32,000 nt of DNA, from contig JBHLRO010000002.1 in the NCBI GenBank assembly GCA_048882505.1, positions 390,001 through 422,000 of the forward strand, read 5' to 3'. Shown piece by piece: positions 17,695 through 26,772 of this stretch. This DNA is from Candidatus Thorarchaeota archaeon. GTDB lineage: Archaea; Asgardarchaeota; Heimdallarchaeia; Hodarchaeales; Hodarchaeaceae. The translations under genes were made by a program, and so were the position numbers. The notes under the pieces were generated by a model. The model was not told the DNA's origin. It did no database searches and worked only from the letters and a program-made list of their open reading frames with translations. Position 1 is the stretch's first letter, and each line of letters begins with the position of its first letter.

Positions 17695-18891
17695 TCACAT
17701 TCGAGCCAGATATTGTTGAAGCCTTTTTTCTAATCGGTTGCTGAGTCCAATTAGTATTGATTTCTGGGAACCTAAATCCAGCACTTCCAATATTTGAAGA
17801 AGGGCAGCATTCTGTGCATTAAATCCTTTCAATATCATCGTTTTGCTGAAGTGATCCTTTGTACTCGCCCACCAGTTGGAACATGAATACTGTGATCGCG
17901 CTACTGCTTTTAAAGCCTGATGTACATCGCCATCCGTTTCATCAGGCCTTTGAGACAACAGGAATTCCGCCAGTTCCGATATTAAGTCTGCGTGGAAGTT
18001 CAATAAATTATGAATAGCGTTATCTGGATATGCCCATAAAGGAAAGGAAATTCCCCGACATAGGTCTTCTTCAGTTGTACTCCAGCTACTACTTCTGAAA
18101 CTCCGAACTGTTTCAGTAGGAAGCGTTAAGAGATCTGAAATTGTCCTAGTTTCTCCGAACTTGAGAAGTTCGATGAAGAACCTGTAATAATGCTTATGAT
18201 GTTCACCAAAAGTTTCTATATCGGTAGCCAAGACTAGTGTACCATCAGGGTTTGATCGGAGAAGAAAATCGAAATGTTCCTGAGCATTGGACAGCGCAGG
18301 ATACCTCTTGAAGGAAATGTTATTCGAAATTTCACGATTCCGATTGACCAAGAAAAGATCCATAGCCTGATCGAGATGATATAGATGTGTAGTTAAGGGA
18401 GGAGGTGTGAAAGAATTCGATCTTATCGCGATCTCTGGTATAATTAAGTACTTATAACCAAAGTTTTCTACCAATTTAACCAATTCGTAAGATACTGCGA
18501 GTTCGGGAGGCCAAAATCCGGTTGGTGTCCAAAGGTTGCCAAATACTTCCTTATTGATTTGATGATTCAATTTAATCTGAAAAGTGGCCTCTTTAGGGGA
18601 AATTAAAGGAAGAATGGGGTGATAGGCTCCTGACTCTAGAAACTCGATTTGGCCGTTCCTCGCTAGTTCTTCATATCCTGCAATTACATTCGGATAATCA
18701 AGCGTCAACTGCTCAGTAAGGCTTGCATTAATATTGAGCGTGATTTTTGTTTCAGGGAACGAAGCTAATTGTTCTGTTACTGGGATATAACAATTTTCAA
18801 CAATGCGTTTCAATATCTTTGGATTTTGTGATGGAGGTTGGTAGGCATGGAGAACAGCCGCAATTGGGATTGAATGAGGAGCCGCTGCCAC
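17695..18891 (-). CDS. Glycoside hydrolase family 57 (alpha-amylase/amylopullulanase/glucanotransferase-like)
   Basis: GH57 regions HAYQP, IEFLESGAYHPILPL, nucleophile Glu in FWPPELA, acid/base Asp in ATDIETFGEH, and C-terminal SNWW. Confidence 0.92.
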   Translation of the reverse strand: MAAAPHSIPIAAVLHAYQPPSQNPKILKRIVENCYIPVTEQLASFPETKITLNINASLTEQLTLDYPNVIAGYEELARNGQIEFLESGAYHPILPLISPKEATFQIKLNHQINKEVFGNLWTPTGFWPPELAVSYELVKLVENFGYKYLIIPEIAIRSNSFTPPPLTTHLYHLDQAMDLFLVNRNREISNNISFKRYPALSNAQEHFDFLLRSNPDGTLVLATDIETFGEHHKHYYRFFIELLKFGETRTISDLLTLPTETVRSFRSSSWSTTEEDLCRGISFPLWAYPDNAIHNLLNFHADLISELAEFLLSQRPDETDGDVHQALKAVARSQYSCSNWWASTKDHFSKTMILKGFNAQNAALLQILEVLDLGSQKSILIGLSNRLEKRLQQYLARM

Positions 18892-18921
18892 AGCGTGAAC
18901 GCCCTGTTATGGATAAGCGGT

Positions 18922-19983
18922 CTAGGATCCACGTGTTAATTCCCAAAGTAGTCTGTTTAGTTCTGCCCTTCTCGACTTTGAAGGCTTCTCATCCTTTCCC
19001 TTCTCATCCATTTGAGTTTCGGGACGGATCTCTTCTATTGGTGGCATCGGAGGCGGTTCGAGTAGGTCAGATGGTTCATCCTCCCTATCATTTGCGGCAG
19101 TTGTATCATCTTCAATCTCGCGGCCAGGTTCAGGTTCTTTTTCTACTAGATTTGCTATGCGTGCGGTATCTGAAGAGGTATCTTGGATTGCATTCTCAGG
19201 ACTGCCAAAGAAATTCTGGGCCAAATCTTCCAACGATTGATATGCATCGTCTGTTTGCTCTTCAGCAACCGTTTCAGAATTCATCCGAAAAACGGTATCC
19301 TCTGATCCCTGAAAAAGATCATACGTTCTTTCTTCATCGTACCTCCGCGGATCGACCTCTTCCTCAAGGAGTAGTTCTAATGGACTCTTTTCTTCAGGAA
19401 CCTGGTCTGTTTCAAGCTCCTGCACGCCAAAAAAAGAAGCCATATCAGTTTTTTGGTCAAATATTTCGGATTCGGGTACGGAATTTGAATCCTCAGTTGT
19501 CAAAGGAGTTTCTTTTGAAACGCTAGCTTGCTCAAGCGATTGAAGCCGATCAGATGGGAGCATGACGAAGGGTTCTGGAGGTTTTGAAGAAGAATCGTCC
19601 AGAGGTAATTGGGGGGGAATTCTTTCGGTCGGAGCTGTAGAAAATGATTCCGCAGGGACTTCAGACTCTGTCTGAGGCAGTTCAGAAATTCGGGTTTCTG
19701 GAATAGGAATTTCCTCTTGACCAGGGATAAAATGCGGTCTTAGGGTATCTTGAGATTCTGTAAAAGGTTCAGGGGATGTTTCAGGTTCCTTTATCGCGCC
19801 TGAAGTTTTTAATAAATTTACAAAGGAATCGATCTCTGATTTTGCGATGTCAACCTGAAAATCTCCCGATGTGATACGCAGCGTAATAATCCGGTCGTCA
19901 AGCATGATTCCACTCAGGCAAATTTGACCGCCATCATAATCTAGGCACCAGGAAACCTCTTTCCTTCGGAATTCGACATTCAT
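18922..19983 (-). CDS. Hypothetical protein: ~60-aa folded N-terminal domain, long acidic Pro/Ser/Glu-rich disordered region, C-terminal amphipathic helix
   Basis: ATGA overlap with the upstream gene. Strongly biased E/D/P/S composition. Ends SRRAELNRLLWELTRGS. Confidence 0.85.
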   Translation of the reverse strand: MNVEFRRKEVSWCLDYDGGQICLSGIMLDDRIITLRITSGDFQVDIAKSEIDSFVNLLKTSGAIKEPETSPEPFTESQDTLRPHFIPGQEEIPIPETRISELPQTESEVPAESFSTAPTERIPPQLPLDDSSSKPPEPFVMLPSDRLQSLEQASVSKETPLTTEDSNSVPESEIFDQKTDMASFFGVQELETDQVPEEKSPLELLLEEEVDPRRYDEERTYDLFQGSEDTVFRMNSETVAEEQTDDAYQSLEDLAQNFFGSPENAIQDTSSDTARIANLVEKEPEPGREIEDDTTAANDREDEPSDLLEPPPMPPIEEIRPETQMDEKGKDEKPSKSRRAELNRLLWELTRGS

Positions 19984-20192
19984 TTTTCAAACCCGACTGT
20001 GTCCAAGAATTGATCAAGAAATTCGAGAAACTGGTGAATTTCCTGCTCCTTCAATACAAATTGATGGTCACCCGCCTTTAAGGTGACACTTCTTGCACCA
20101 TGCTCATAATTGATCAGATGAACCTCAAGGAGATGACCGGACTCTAACCTTAATCCCGTAGTTGAGTCAATTGCTTTATCAATAATTTTCAA
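19980..20192 (-). CDS. Small 70-aa protein, apparent paralogue of the N-terminal domain of the next gene
   Basis: Its TGA overlaps the next ATG (ATGA). SVTLKAGDHQFVLKEQEIHQFLEFL aligns without gaps to TLRITSGDFQVDIAKSEIDSFVNLL. Confidence 0.8.
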   Translation of the reverse strand: MKIIDKAIDSTTGLRLESGHLLEVHLINYEHGARSVTLKAGDHQFVLKEQEIHQFLEFLDQFLDTVGFEK

Positions 20193-20511
20193 TTTTCTTA
20201 CCGAACCCGAACCGTCCTACTGAATATCCTCTATAGATAAATTCTTCTTAAGCCTTTTCAATTATCAAACTTGGATTAATTGGTTTTAGACTCCATTACA
20301 TACCTCCGACAATTTCAGGCATTATGTAGGGATATGTTCCTCTGCGCAATACAATAAGGATAAAGCGTTCTTACCCCCTTAGCGGGAATCATTCACAGAA
20401 AAGGTGGGAATTCTGCGTTTTCATACAAGGTTCCCTGCTTGATAGTTATCTAAAACCTTGGAAATATTTATGTGAAACCTGAATACAGAATCCCCATTCC
20501 ATCATGAGAAG

Positions 20512-20841
20512 CTAACGATAAAAACGCAATAGGTCATCCCTTCCCTGATCTTCTTCAGTGAAGCTTTGAATTATATGAAACAAGTCCCAAACCAGCTCGC
20601 TCGCTCTTCGGCCCCGTTTGGTTAGCACATAATGATTTTCGATCCCTCCCTCTCCCATTTCCCGATACACAAGACCAAGTTCGTGCATATCATTCAGTCT
20701 TGAAAGAGCTAGAGATGGTTTTTTGCATCCAATAGCGGTACAAATCTGCTCAAAACTTCTTCCTTTAGGATTAAAATGCAAATACTGAAGTATAAGAAGC
20801 GAGTATTCTTTTTCAAGGCGTTTTAATGGATTAGAAGGCAC
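20512..20841 (-). CDS. Winged-helix transcriptional regulator (HxlR/MarR-like)
   Basis: LLILQYL...RSFEQI...LSRLNDMHELGLVYRE...HYVLTKRGRR is a typical HxlR/MarR wHTH pattern. Confidence 0.85.
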   Translation of the reverse strand: MPSNPLKRLEKEYSLLILQYLHFNPKGRSFEQICTAIGCKKPSLALSRLNDMHELGLVYREMGEGGIENHYVLTKRGRRASELVWDLFHIIQSFTEEDQGRDDLLRFYR

Positions 20842-21057
20842 GTGGGGATTCCTCGACCCATTATCAGGGGCTAACTCTCATTTTATCATTGTTTCATTAA
20901 GAGTGATTATGAATTCACAGATTATTCCACGGTTTCTATTTATTGCCTGAAATAATTTTTGTAGTAAAATCCTATCTTTGGCCTGCCCTCTTTCAATAAT
21001 TTCAAGTATCAATGTTTCGGTATTTAGCAGGAAACACCTCCAAAAGACAAAGAAAGT

Positions 21058-22548
21058 TCATTGCTTCGGTATCTTTATCCTTACTACCGATCCTTTGTTT
21101 TTTCCAGAGGATTCAATCTCGATCTTTCCGAACAAGATTTCCTCTACAATCTTCTTAGTGATAGATAGCCCTAATCCCGTTCCTGTGGATCCTGATTCGA
21201 ATTTTGTAAATGGAGTAAACACTCGTGTTAAATCCTGCGCCGTAAACCCATATCCGTTGTCTTTTACAGTAATATGAACGTATGATAGATTTTTTACCCG
21301 TTGTTCTTCCAAAAACACTTCTATCTTTCCCGTTTCCATTGGTGAATACTTGATTGCGTTGTCGATGATATTCTGTAAAACACGTATGATCAATTCCCGA
21401 TTTCCTACGATTTCAAGCTCAGAGGGAAGAAACACCTGTAAATCTTGATTTCTTTGAATTAATTGGGGAAGAAATGCGATTTTGAGCTCATCAATCAGCT
21501 CCACCAGGTCAAAGGTTTCTTGATTGCTGATATACTTGTCCCGCTGATAATCCAAACGCTCATATTCAAGGATCGAGTCAATCATAACCACCATACGCTT
21601 AGAATTACTGATAATAACTTCAACGTGCTTCTTTACTTCAGGAGAAATAGGTCCTATAAGTCCATCACGTAATAGCTCCCCGAATCCCAGAATTGCAGAT
21701 AACGGAGATTTGAGATCATGAGTTACCGAGGAAAGGAGTTGACTCTTCTCGGCAAAACGTTTCTTCAAGTCTCTGTATTTAATTACATAAAAAAAGTCGG
21801 TTTCCTGTTTTTTTAGCTTTAAATCATCCTTTACTTCGACTAGTGGCAGTAAATGTGCCAAAGATGCCTCTAAAATATCATTTTGTGTCTTTGTAAGGAA
21901 GAGTTCTTTATTTAAACGATCCTTCTCCAATTCCTTGAGTTTTAATTCCTCGAAAAGTAGCCATATCGGTTGATAAATCTGTCTGAGGCTTGATGGAAAT
22001 GATTCTTCTCCTTTTTTTTCACTGTAAAAGAGATTTGGAAGAATTTGTGAGGGGTTTAGGCAGAAAAAAGGGTATCGTTGTGCGATTTTAAACGTCATTG
22101 GCGATTTCAGTTTTTTTTCCAAGAAAATCGCATATATTGAATACTTGATATCCCTATCAATTAGTTTCAAGATGAGCGTGGTTTCCGCATAAAGGACAAA
22201 TTTTTTTGATACAGCGACACGGGAAAAATCAAGATAGATTGCAATATGGTTAATGGAACTGGGCAACAACGATACGATACTTTCCAGTTCCTTTTGAAAT
22301 CTAATTCTAAAGGTTTTTGAGAGAGTTTTCCTGGGTGGAAGAGTAATATTATGGATATCGAATCCCTCTCTTTGATAGGAAGGAAGGTTATCCAGGTTAT
22401 AGCTTTTCTTTGAGAACAAAAACAAGTAATTACTCTGTTTTCTCCGTGAAAGAGCAGACTTGAGAAAGGAGGCCAGAACGCTTTCGTCATCAAACAAACA
22501 GAAAATTCTATCTGGTTCTTCTACCATATCCACGGTTTTTTGCTCCAA
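21058..22548 (-). CDS. Soluble sensor histidine kinase (divergent MEDS-like sensor, coiled coil, HisKA, HATPase_c)
   Basis: H-box SVTHDLKSPL, N-box QNIIDNAIKYS, G1 VKDNGYG, G2 GTGLGLSI. No TM segment. The N-terminal domain ends RYPFFCLNPSQILPNLFY, like the MEDS HP...NPxY terminus. Confidence 0.92.
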   Translation of the reverse strand: MEQKTVDMVEEPDRIFCLFDDESVLASFLKSALSRRKQSNYLFLFSKKSYNLDNLPSYQREGFDIHNITLPPRKTLSKTFRIRFQKELESIVSLLPSSINHIAIYLDFSRVAVSKKFVLYAETTLILKLIDRDIKYSIYAIFLEKKLKSPMTFKIAQRYPFFCLNPSQILPNLFYSEKKGEESFPSSLRQIYQPIWLLFEELKLKELEKDRLNKELFLTKTQNDILEASLAHLLPLVEVKDDLKLKKQETDFFYVIKYRDLKKRFAEKSQLLSSVTHDLKSPLSAILGFGELLRDGLIGPISPEVKKHVEVIISNSKRMVVMIDSILEYERLDYQRDKYISNQETFDLVELIDELKIAFLPQLIQRNQDLQVFLPSELEIVGNRELIIRVLQNIIDNAIKYSPMETGKIEVFLEEQRVKNLSYVHITVKDNGYGFTAQDLTRVFTPFTKFESGSTGTGLGLSITKKIVEEILFGKIEIESSGKNKGSVVRIKIPKQ

Positions 22549-22575
22549 ACCCTACAATTGAAAACGGCACTTATC

Positions 22576-22581
22576 TTTAAA
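22576..22581 (-). promoter_or_regulatory. TATA-like box for the histidine kinase gene
   Basis: TTTAAA about 28 bp upstream of the TTG start at 22548, a spacing compatible with a leaderless archaeal transcript. Confidence 0.35.
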
Positions 22582-22887
22582 GGATATTCTCAATCACCTA
22601 GTAGGTTTTTTCAATTCTGGTTTTTGGTTCTGGGATTAATATTGCTGTCCATCCTATTTATTTATTTTCGAATATGCTTGTACTAAAGAATCAAAGGCCC
22701 ATTCAGCTGATGCCAGCGAATTCTGTCATTTAAAAACAGCAAGGTGGAAAAATCCTAGAAGCTTATGACTTTCATGCACGTGATACAACTGTGTCCAGAT
22801 CAAAAGCCTAAAATAAAGTAGTTACGATCTTCCTTCTTGCCGATATTAGATCTTTTAGCTTAAAATCCAAATACAGCCTGATTGGAC

Positions 22888-23427
22888 TCATTTCTCGAAT
22901 TCATATGGAGTTCCCAAACTGTTATGATTCAAAAGATCTCTCATCGATCGTTTATAACCTTGTGATCCTTCATCCATGGCTGCTCCAATAGGAACCAAAG
23001 CTATTGTTGTGAGTCTTTCATCCTTGACTCCCATCAACTCATTGATCGCTTCCTGATCGAACTCAACTAGCAGGTTACATCCCAATCCCATAGCCGTGGC
23101 CGCCATCATTAACTGAGACGTTGAAATGATGGCATCTATGATATTTGTATCATCAGCTTCCTCGGATTCGTCAGAAACAACCACTACCACTGCGAAAATA
23201 GCAGTAGCATCGGTTACCCATTCAGATGCTGGCACCAGTTGGATTAAACTTTCTTTTAATGTTGGATCGGAAACTAAGATGAAAGTGTAGTTCTGATTTT
23301 CAGATAACGAAGGAGAGAGCTGAGCACAGGCCATCAACTGCTTTAATTGATCTGAATTCAATGCAGGTTGTCCTGATTTGAATTTTCTGTGCCGTTTGTT
23401 CCGAATTACAACCTCGAAATAATCCAT
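22888..23427 (-). CDS. Nitroreductase-family flavoprotein
   Basis: IRNKRHRKF, AQLSPSLSENQ (variant of APSxxNxQ), QLMMAATAMGLGCN, and C-terminal LVPIG...KRS. Confidence 0.88.
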   Translation of the reverse strand: MDYFEVVIRNKRHRKFKSGQPALNSDQLKQLMACAQLSPSLSENQNYTFILVSDPTLKESLIQLVPASEWVTDATAIFAVVVVVSDESEEADDTNIIDAIISTSQLMMAATAMGLGCNLLVEFDQEAINELMGVKDERLTTIALVPIGAAMDEGSQGYKRSMRDLLNHNSLGTPYEFEK

Positions 23428-23475
23428 TTACCGATCCTCTGGTAGAATCGTTATAACTCGCCCATCCATAGCCGG

Positions 23476-23487
23476 AATTTATAAATT
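23476..23487. promoter_or_regulatory. Palindromic TATA box in a divergent promoter region
   Basis: AATTTATAAATT is a perfect 12-bp palindrome between the divergent genes starting at 23427 and 23629. Confidence 0.45.
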
Positions 23488-23628
23488 GGCCTTAATCTTC
23501 CCAGGCCTTAGAATTCAATCATTTATCTTTTACATCCTCCCCAATAAATCCATGTTTCGATTCAGATTTGCCCGTCCTTTGATTCCCGAGAGTTGCCTCT
23601 GCTAAAGGATAATTGTTGGTAGATTTGG

Positions 23629-24516
23629 TTGGCATCCAATAAGGAAAGACTCAAACTTCATTATGATCAGCAGAAACGCATTATTGAACAATTGCGATCA
23701 ATGCGAAACGAATTGAACCAGGAACAACGTTCAGCGACTCGATTTCGCAAGGTTCGTGACAAGTATAAGACAGAACGTCAAACTTTATTGGCAAAAGCCA
23801 CACCAGAGGTCGAATCACGCGATTCTCAGAGAACAGTTGTGGAGAGTCTGAGGAAACGTCGAGATTTTCTTCGACGGCAGGCCCAACCGGATTCAGGGCA
23901 GGTTTTTAGCCTTCTATCGGATTCTCAACTTGAGAGATTAACTCTTGTCGAACTGAAATTTCATCTCTATGAACTTGAATTTAAACAACAAACTACTACA
24001 TTGTCTCAAGAAGATGAAGGAATTTTAATAGACGAGATAAAAAGGATCGAAGATCGAATTGCCCTACTAGAGAAAAGAGATCAGGCAATAGTGGCGGAAT
24101 ATCTTGATGAAGTTCCCGAAACCAAAGAAAAGATTGAACAAGAAATTCGGGAGATAGAGACAAAGTTGGCCCAGGAAGAATCAGTTCGGAGAGAAACTAG
24201 TCAGAAAATTAGTGAATTATACGAACGGATCCAGCCCCTAAAAGATGAAGAGGACAAAGCCCATCAGAACTTCGTGGCCCACTTACAACGGGTCGAAGCA
24301 CTCAAAGTCGAGATCACCACCAAACAAGAGGAACTAGATTCTTTGAAAGGAAAGATTTCAAAAGTCAAAAAACTGATTGCTGAAGAGGAACATCAGGAAC
24401 GTTTCGGTGAAATTGAAAAAAAAATTCAAGAACTGCTTCGGAAACGTGACCGAGGTGAAGATTTAAGTCCAGATGAACAGGAGTTTTTAATGGGATATGG
24501 CTATGCTCCATTCTGA
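23629..24516 (+). CDS. Archaeal coiled-coil protein (COG1340-like)
   Basis: All-helical, charged sequence. QQTTTLSQEDEGILIDEIKRIE, KAHQNFV and C-terminal RGEDLSPDEQEFL match the family pattern as recalled. Confidence 0.8.
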   Translation: MASNKERLKLHYDQQKRIIEQLRSMRNELNQEQRSATRFRKVRDKYKTERQTLLAKATPEVESRDSQRTVVESLRKRRDFLRRQAQPDSGQVFSLLSDSQLERLTLVELKFHLYELEFKQQTTTLSQEDEGILIDEIKRIEDRIALLEKRDQAIVAEYLDEVPETKEKIEQEIREIETKLAQEESVRRETSQKISELYERIQPLKDEEDKAHQNFVAHLQRVEALKVEITTKQEELDSLKGKISKVKKLIAEEEHQERFGEIEKKIQELLRKRDRGEDLSPDEQEFLMGYGYAPF

Positions 24517-24519
24517 TAC

Positions 24520-24525
24520 TTTTTT
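24520..24525 (+). terminator. Oligo-T terminator candidate
   Basis: T6 run 3 nt after the stop codon at 24516. Confidence 0.35.
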
Positions 24526-24652
24526 CCATAAAATACCCTCTCTCCTCTGCTAAATTCTGAAAACCCACCTCAACTTTCGCTTTTGCTTCATAACGAAAAC
24601 CCAATAAAGGGGCGTCTTACATCCTGATTAGACCGCATTTGAGGTTTCTCTT

Positions 24653-25834
24653 GTGGATCTTGCAAGCCTGAAACATTATGATGAATTCTTTATTTGTGCC
24701 TATTGCGCATATTGCGTGGATAACCAGGCTGCATGTCCCACGTTTCTGTCGGTTCGGCACGAAATTGTCACGGGCCGAGGAAAGATGATCACAGCTCGGA
24801 ATTTGGCTCAAGGATTGCTCAAGGAAGATGAGGGCCTGGATGCTTTAACCCGCGGATTATTCGAGTGTACCTTTTGTAAGGCATGTGAGGACGAGTGTCT
24901 CGTTGATATTCCGTTAATAGACGTGTATACCGAGTTGAAAACCCTAGTTCAAGATAGATTGCCAAAATATACCCAGAAGCTCTTTAGAAATTTACAAGAA
25001 CACCATAATATCTATGGATTGGATCAAGAAGATAGAAACCTTTGGACTTCTGGATCTATTCACTGTGAGGAAGAATACCAAGCTTTTGTAAATCAGCCAG
25101 CAGAGATAGGGTACTTCATTGGTTGTGTTGGTAGTTACTCGGGTCGTGCAGCGGGAGGACCTGCCGCAATCGTTAAGCTGGCGAAGCTCGCAGGTGAGAA
25201 GATTTCAGTTTTTTCTCCGGACGAATTTTGTTGTGGTAACCCATATTGGTTGGGAGGAAACCTAGAAGCCGCCAAGCGATTGGCTGAACATAATCTTAAG
25301 GTAATTAAAAATTTAGGAATCAAGACACTGTTTGTATCCTGTGCCGGTTGTTATCGGGTCATCGGAAAGGTTTACCCAGAACTAACAGGGAAACCATTAC
25401 CCTTTGCCCTGATTACACATATGGAATTTCTCATCAAGCTTCTCAAAAAAGGTACACTTCCTTTGGAAAAAGGAAATCCAGTAGCGGTATCATTCAAAGA
25501 CCCATGTGAGCTTGGACGCCATTGCAACGTGTACGACGAGGCACGTGATCTTATCAGTCTGCTGCCTGGCGTTGAAAATCGGGAACTAGCCAATAATCGG
25601 GAAAACGCCCTATGTTGCGGAGCTGGTGGATTACTTAAAGTGAACAATCCAAAGATGGCAGGAGAAATTGCAGGTAGACTCATCAAGCAAATGGAGGAAG
25701 TTGGAACAGAATACTGTCTGAATGCATGCCCATCGTGCCTTCTCAACATTGACCAGTACTTACGTCGTAAAAACTCTCCCATCAAATCCATAGACATTGC
25801 CCAATTAGTCCACGACCGGACGAAGCTAGTGTGA
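24653..25834 (+). CDS. HdrD/GlpC-like Fe-S protein (two 4Fe-4S motifs plus two CCG domains)
   Basis: CAYCAYC..CP and CTFCKACEDEC. CCG domains FIGC/EFCCG/SCAGC and KDPC/LCCG/ACPSC. GAGGT RBS 7 nt before the GTG. Confidence 0.93.
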   Translation: MDLASLKHYDEFFICAYCAYCVDNQAACPTFLSVRHEIVTGRGKMITARNLAQGLLKEDEGLDALTRGLFECTFCKACEDECLVDIPLIDVYTELKTLVQDRLPKYTQKLFRNLQEHHNIYGLDQEDRNLWTSGSIHCEEEYQAFVNQPAEIGYFIGCVGSYSGRAAGGPAAIVKLAKLAGEKISVFSPDEFCCGNPYWLGGNLEAAKRLAEHNLKVIKNLGIKTLFVSCAGCYRVIGKVYPELTGKPLPFALITHMEFLIKLLKKGTLPLEKGNPVAVSFKDPCELGRHCNVYDEARDLISLLPGVENRELANNRENALCCGAGGLLKVNNPKMAGEIAGRLIKQMEEVGTEYCLNACPSCLLNIDQYLRRKNSPIKSIDIAQLVHDRTKLV

Positions 25835-26712
25835 CTTCTTTCGATGTTTTGAAAATATGTGTACTTCAGCCTACTCGGTATCTAGGAGACTTTCGAAAGA
25901 ACCTCAAACAGTATGAGCGGCTGCTAGAGGATCATTCTGCGTCTCTTGAGCAGTCTCACATATTGTGCCTTCCTGAATACTGGAATGGGATTGGTTCTCA
26001 TAAATTTTCCTTCTCACTCCACCAAAAGTCAATTTCCTTCTTAACTGATCTGGCGGTCTCCTTCCATACCTGGATTATCGGAGGTAGTCATCTAATTGAA
26101 AATCAGGGTAAATACTATAATCGGTGTCATGTTTTCGATCCGACAGGAAAATTGATGGGCACCTACGATAAGAGACGTCCGTTTGGATATGAAAAGGCCA
26201 GAGGTTTAACAGCGGGGACTAGTGAACTAATATGGTCAATTGGAAAATGGAAAGTAGGAGTACGCATTTGCAATGATCTTTGGAATGTCAGTGATTACGC
26301 CCAGCTGATCAAGAAGGAGTTAGATGTATTATTCTGTCCCATTCTAACAACAGTTCCTAATAAATCCTTTACCAACTACGGACGATTTATGTGGTACAAT
26401 TTAGCTTTGATCAGGGCCAAAGAGGGAGCCACGGCGCTGGTAGTTAGTGATTCAGCAATGTCTCCGATTCGTGAACCTTACTGGAGTACTGGAGCAAGTT
26501 GTATTGCGGATCCTTCGCAAAGGTTCCAAAATTCAGATGAGATAGGGTTAGGCCTTCTTACGACAATATCTAATGGAGAAGAAGGAATTTTAATTAAGAA
26601 ACTGAATTATCAGGCGATCAGAGATCAAAGGCATTATCGTATGGAAATGGGGCTTTTGGATAGTCAATTAAATCCCCCCGTCGGTGGCTTTGACGGTGAA
26701 AATTCACCATAA
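25831..26712 (+). CDS. Carbon-nitrogen hydrolase (nitrilase superfamily)
   Basis: Catalytic triad E (LPEYW), K (YDKRRPF) and C (RICNDL). GTGA overlap with the Fe-S gene. Confidence 0.92.
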   Translation: MTSFDVLKICVLQPTRYLGDFRKNLKQYERLLEDHSASLEQSHILCLPEYWNGIGSHKFSFSLHQKSISFLTDLAVSFHTWIIGGSHLIENQGKYYNRCHVFDPTGKLMGTYDKRRPFGYEKARGLTAGTSELIWSIGKWKVGVRICNDLWNVSDYAQLIKKELDVLFCPILTTVPNKSFTNYGRFMWYNLALIRAKEGATALVVSDSAMSPIREPYWSTGASCIADPSQRFQNSDEIGLGLLTTISNGEEGILIKKLNYQAIRDQRHYRMEMGLLDSQLNPPVGGFDGENSP

Positions 26713-26772
26713 TTGAATTAAAGAACAGAAAAAGAAAGAGGGGGAAGAGTGGGGTCACAGATTGTCCGATGG

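Noticed and set aside
18747-19526. 259-aa plus-strand ORF
   Set aside because: Antisense shadow of the acidic low-complexity gene and the GH57 start; no motifs and an atypical composition.
20276-20320. Strong GGAGGT followed by tiny ORFs (MPEIVGGM and MESKTN, TAATG overlap) on the minus strand upstream of the 70-aa gene
   Set aside because: Only 6-8 codons; expected by chance, with nothing linking them to regulation.
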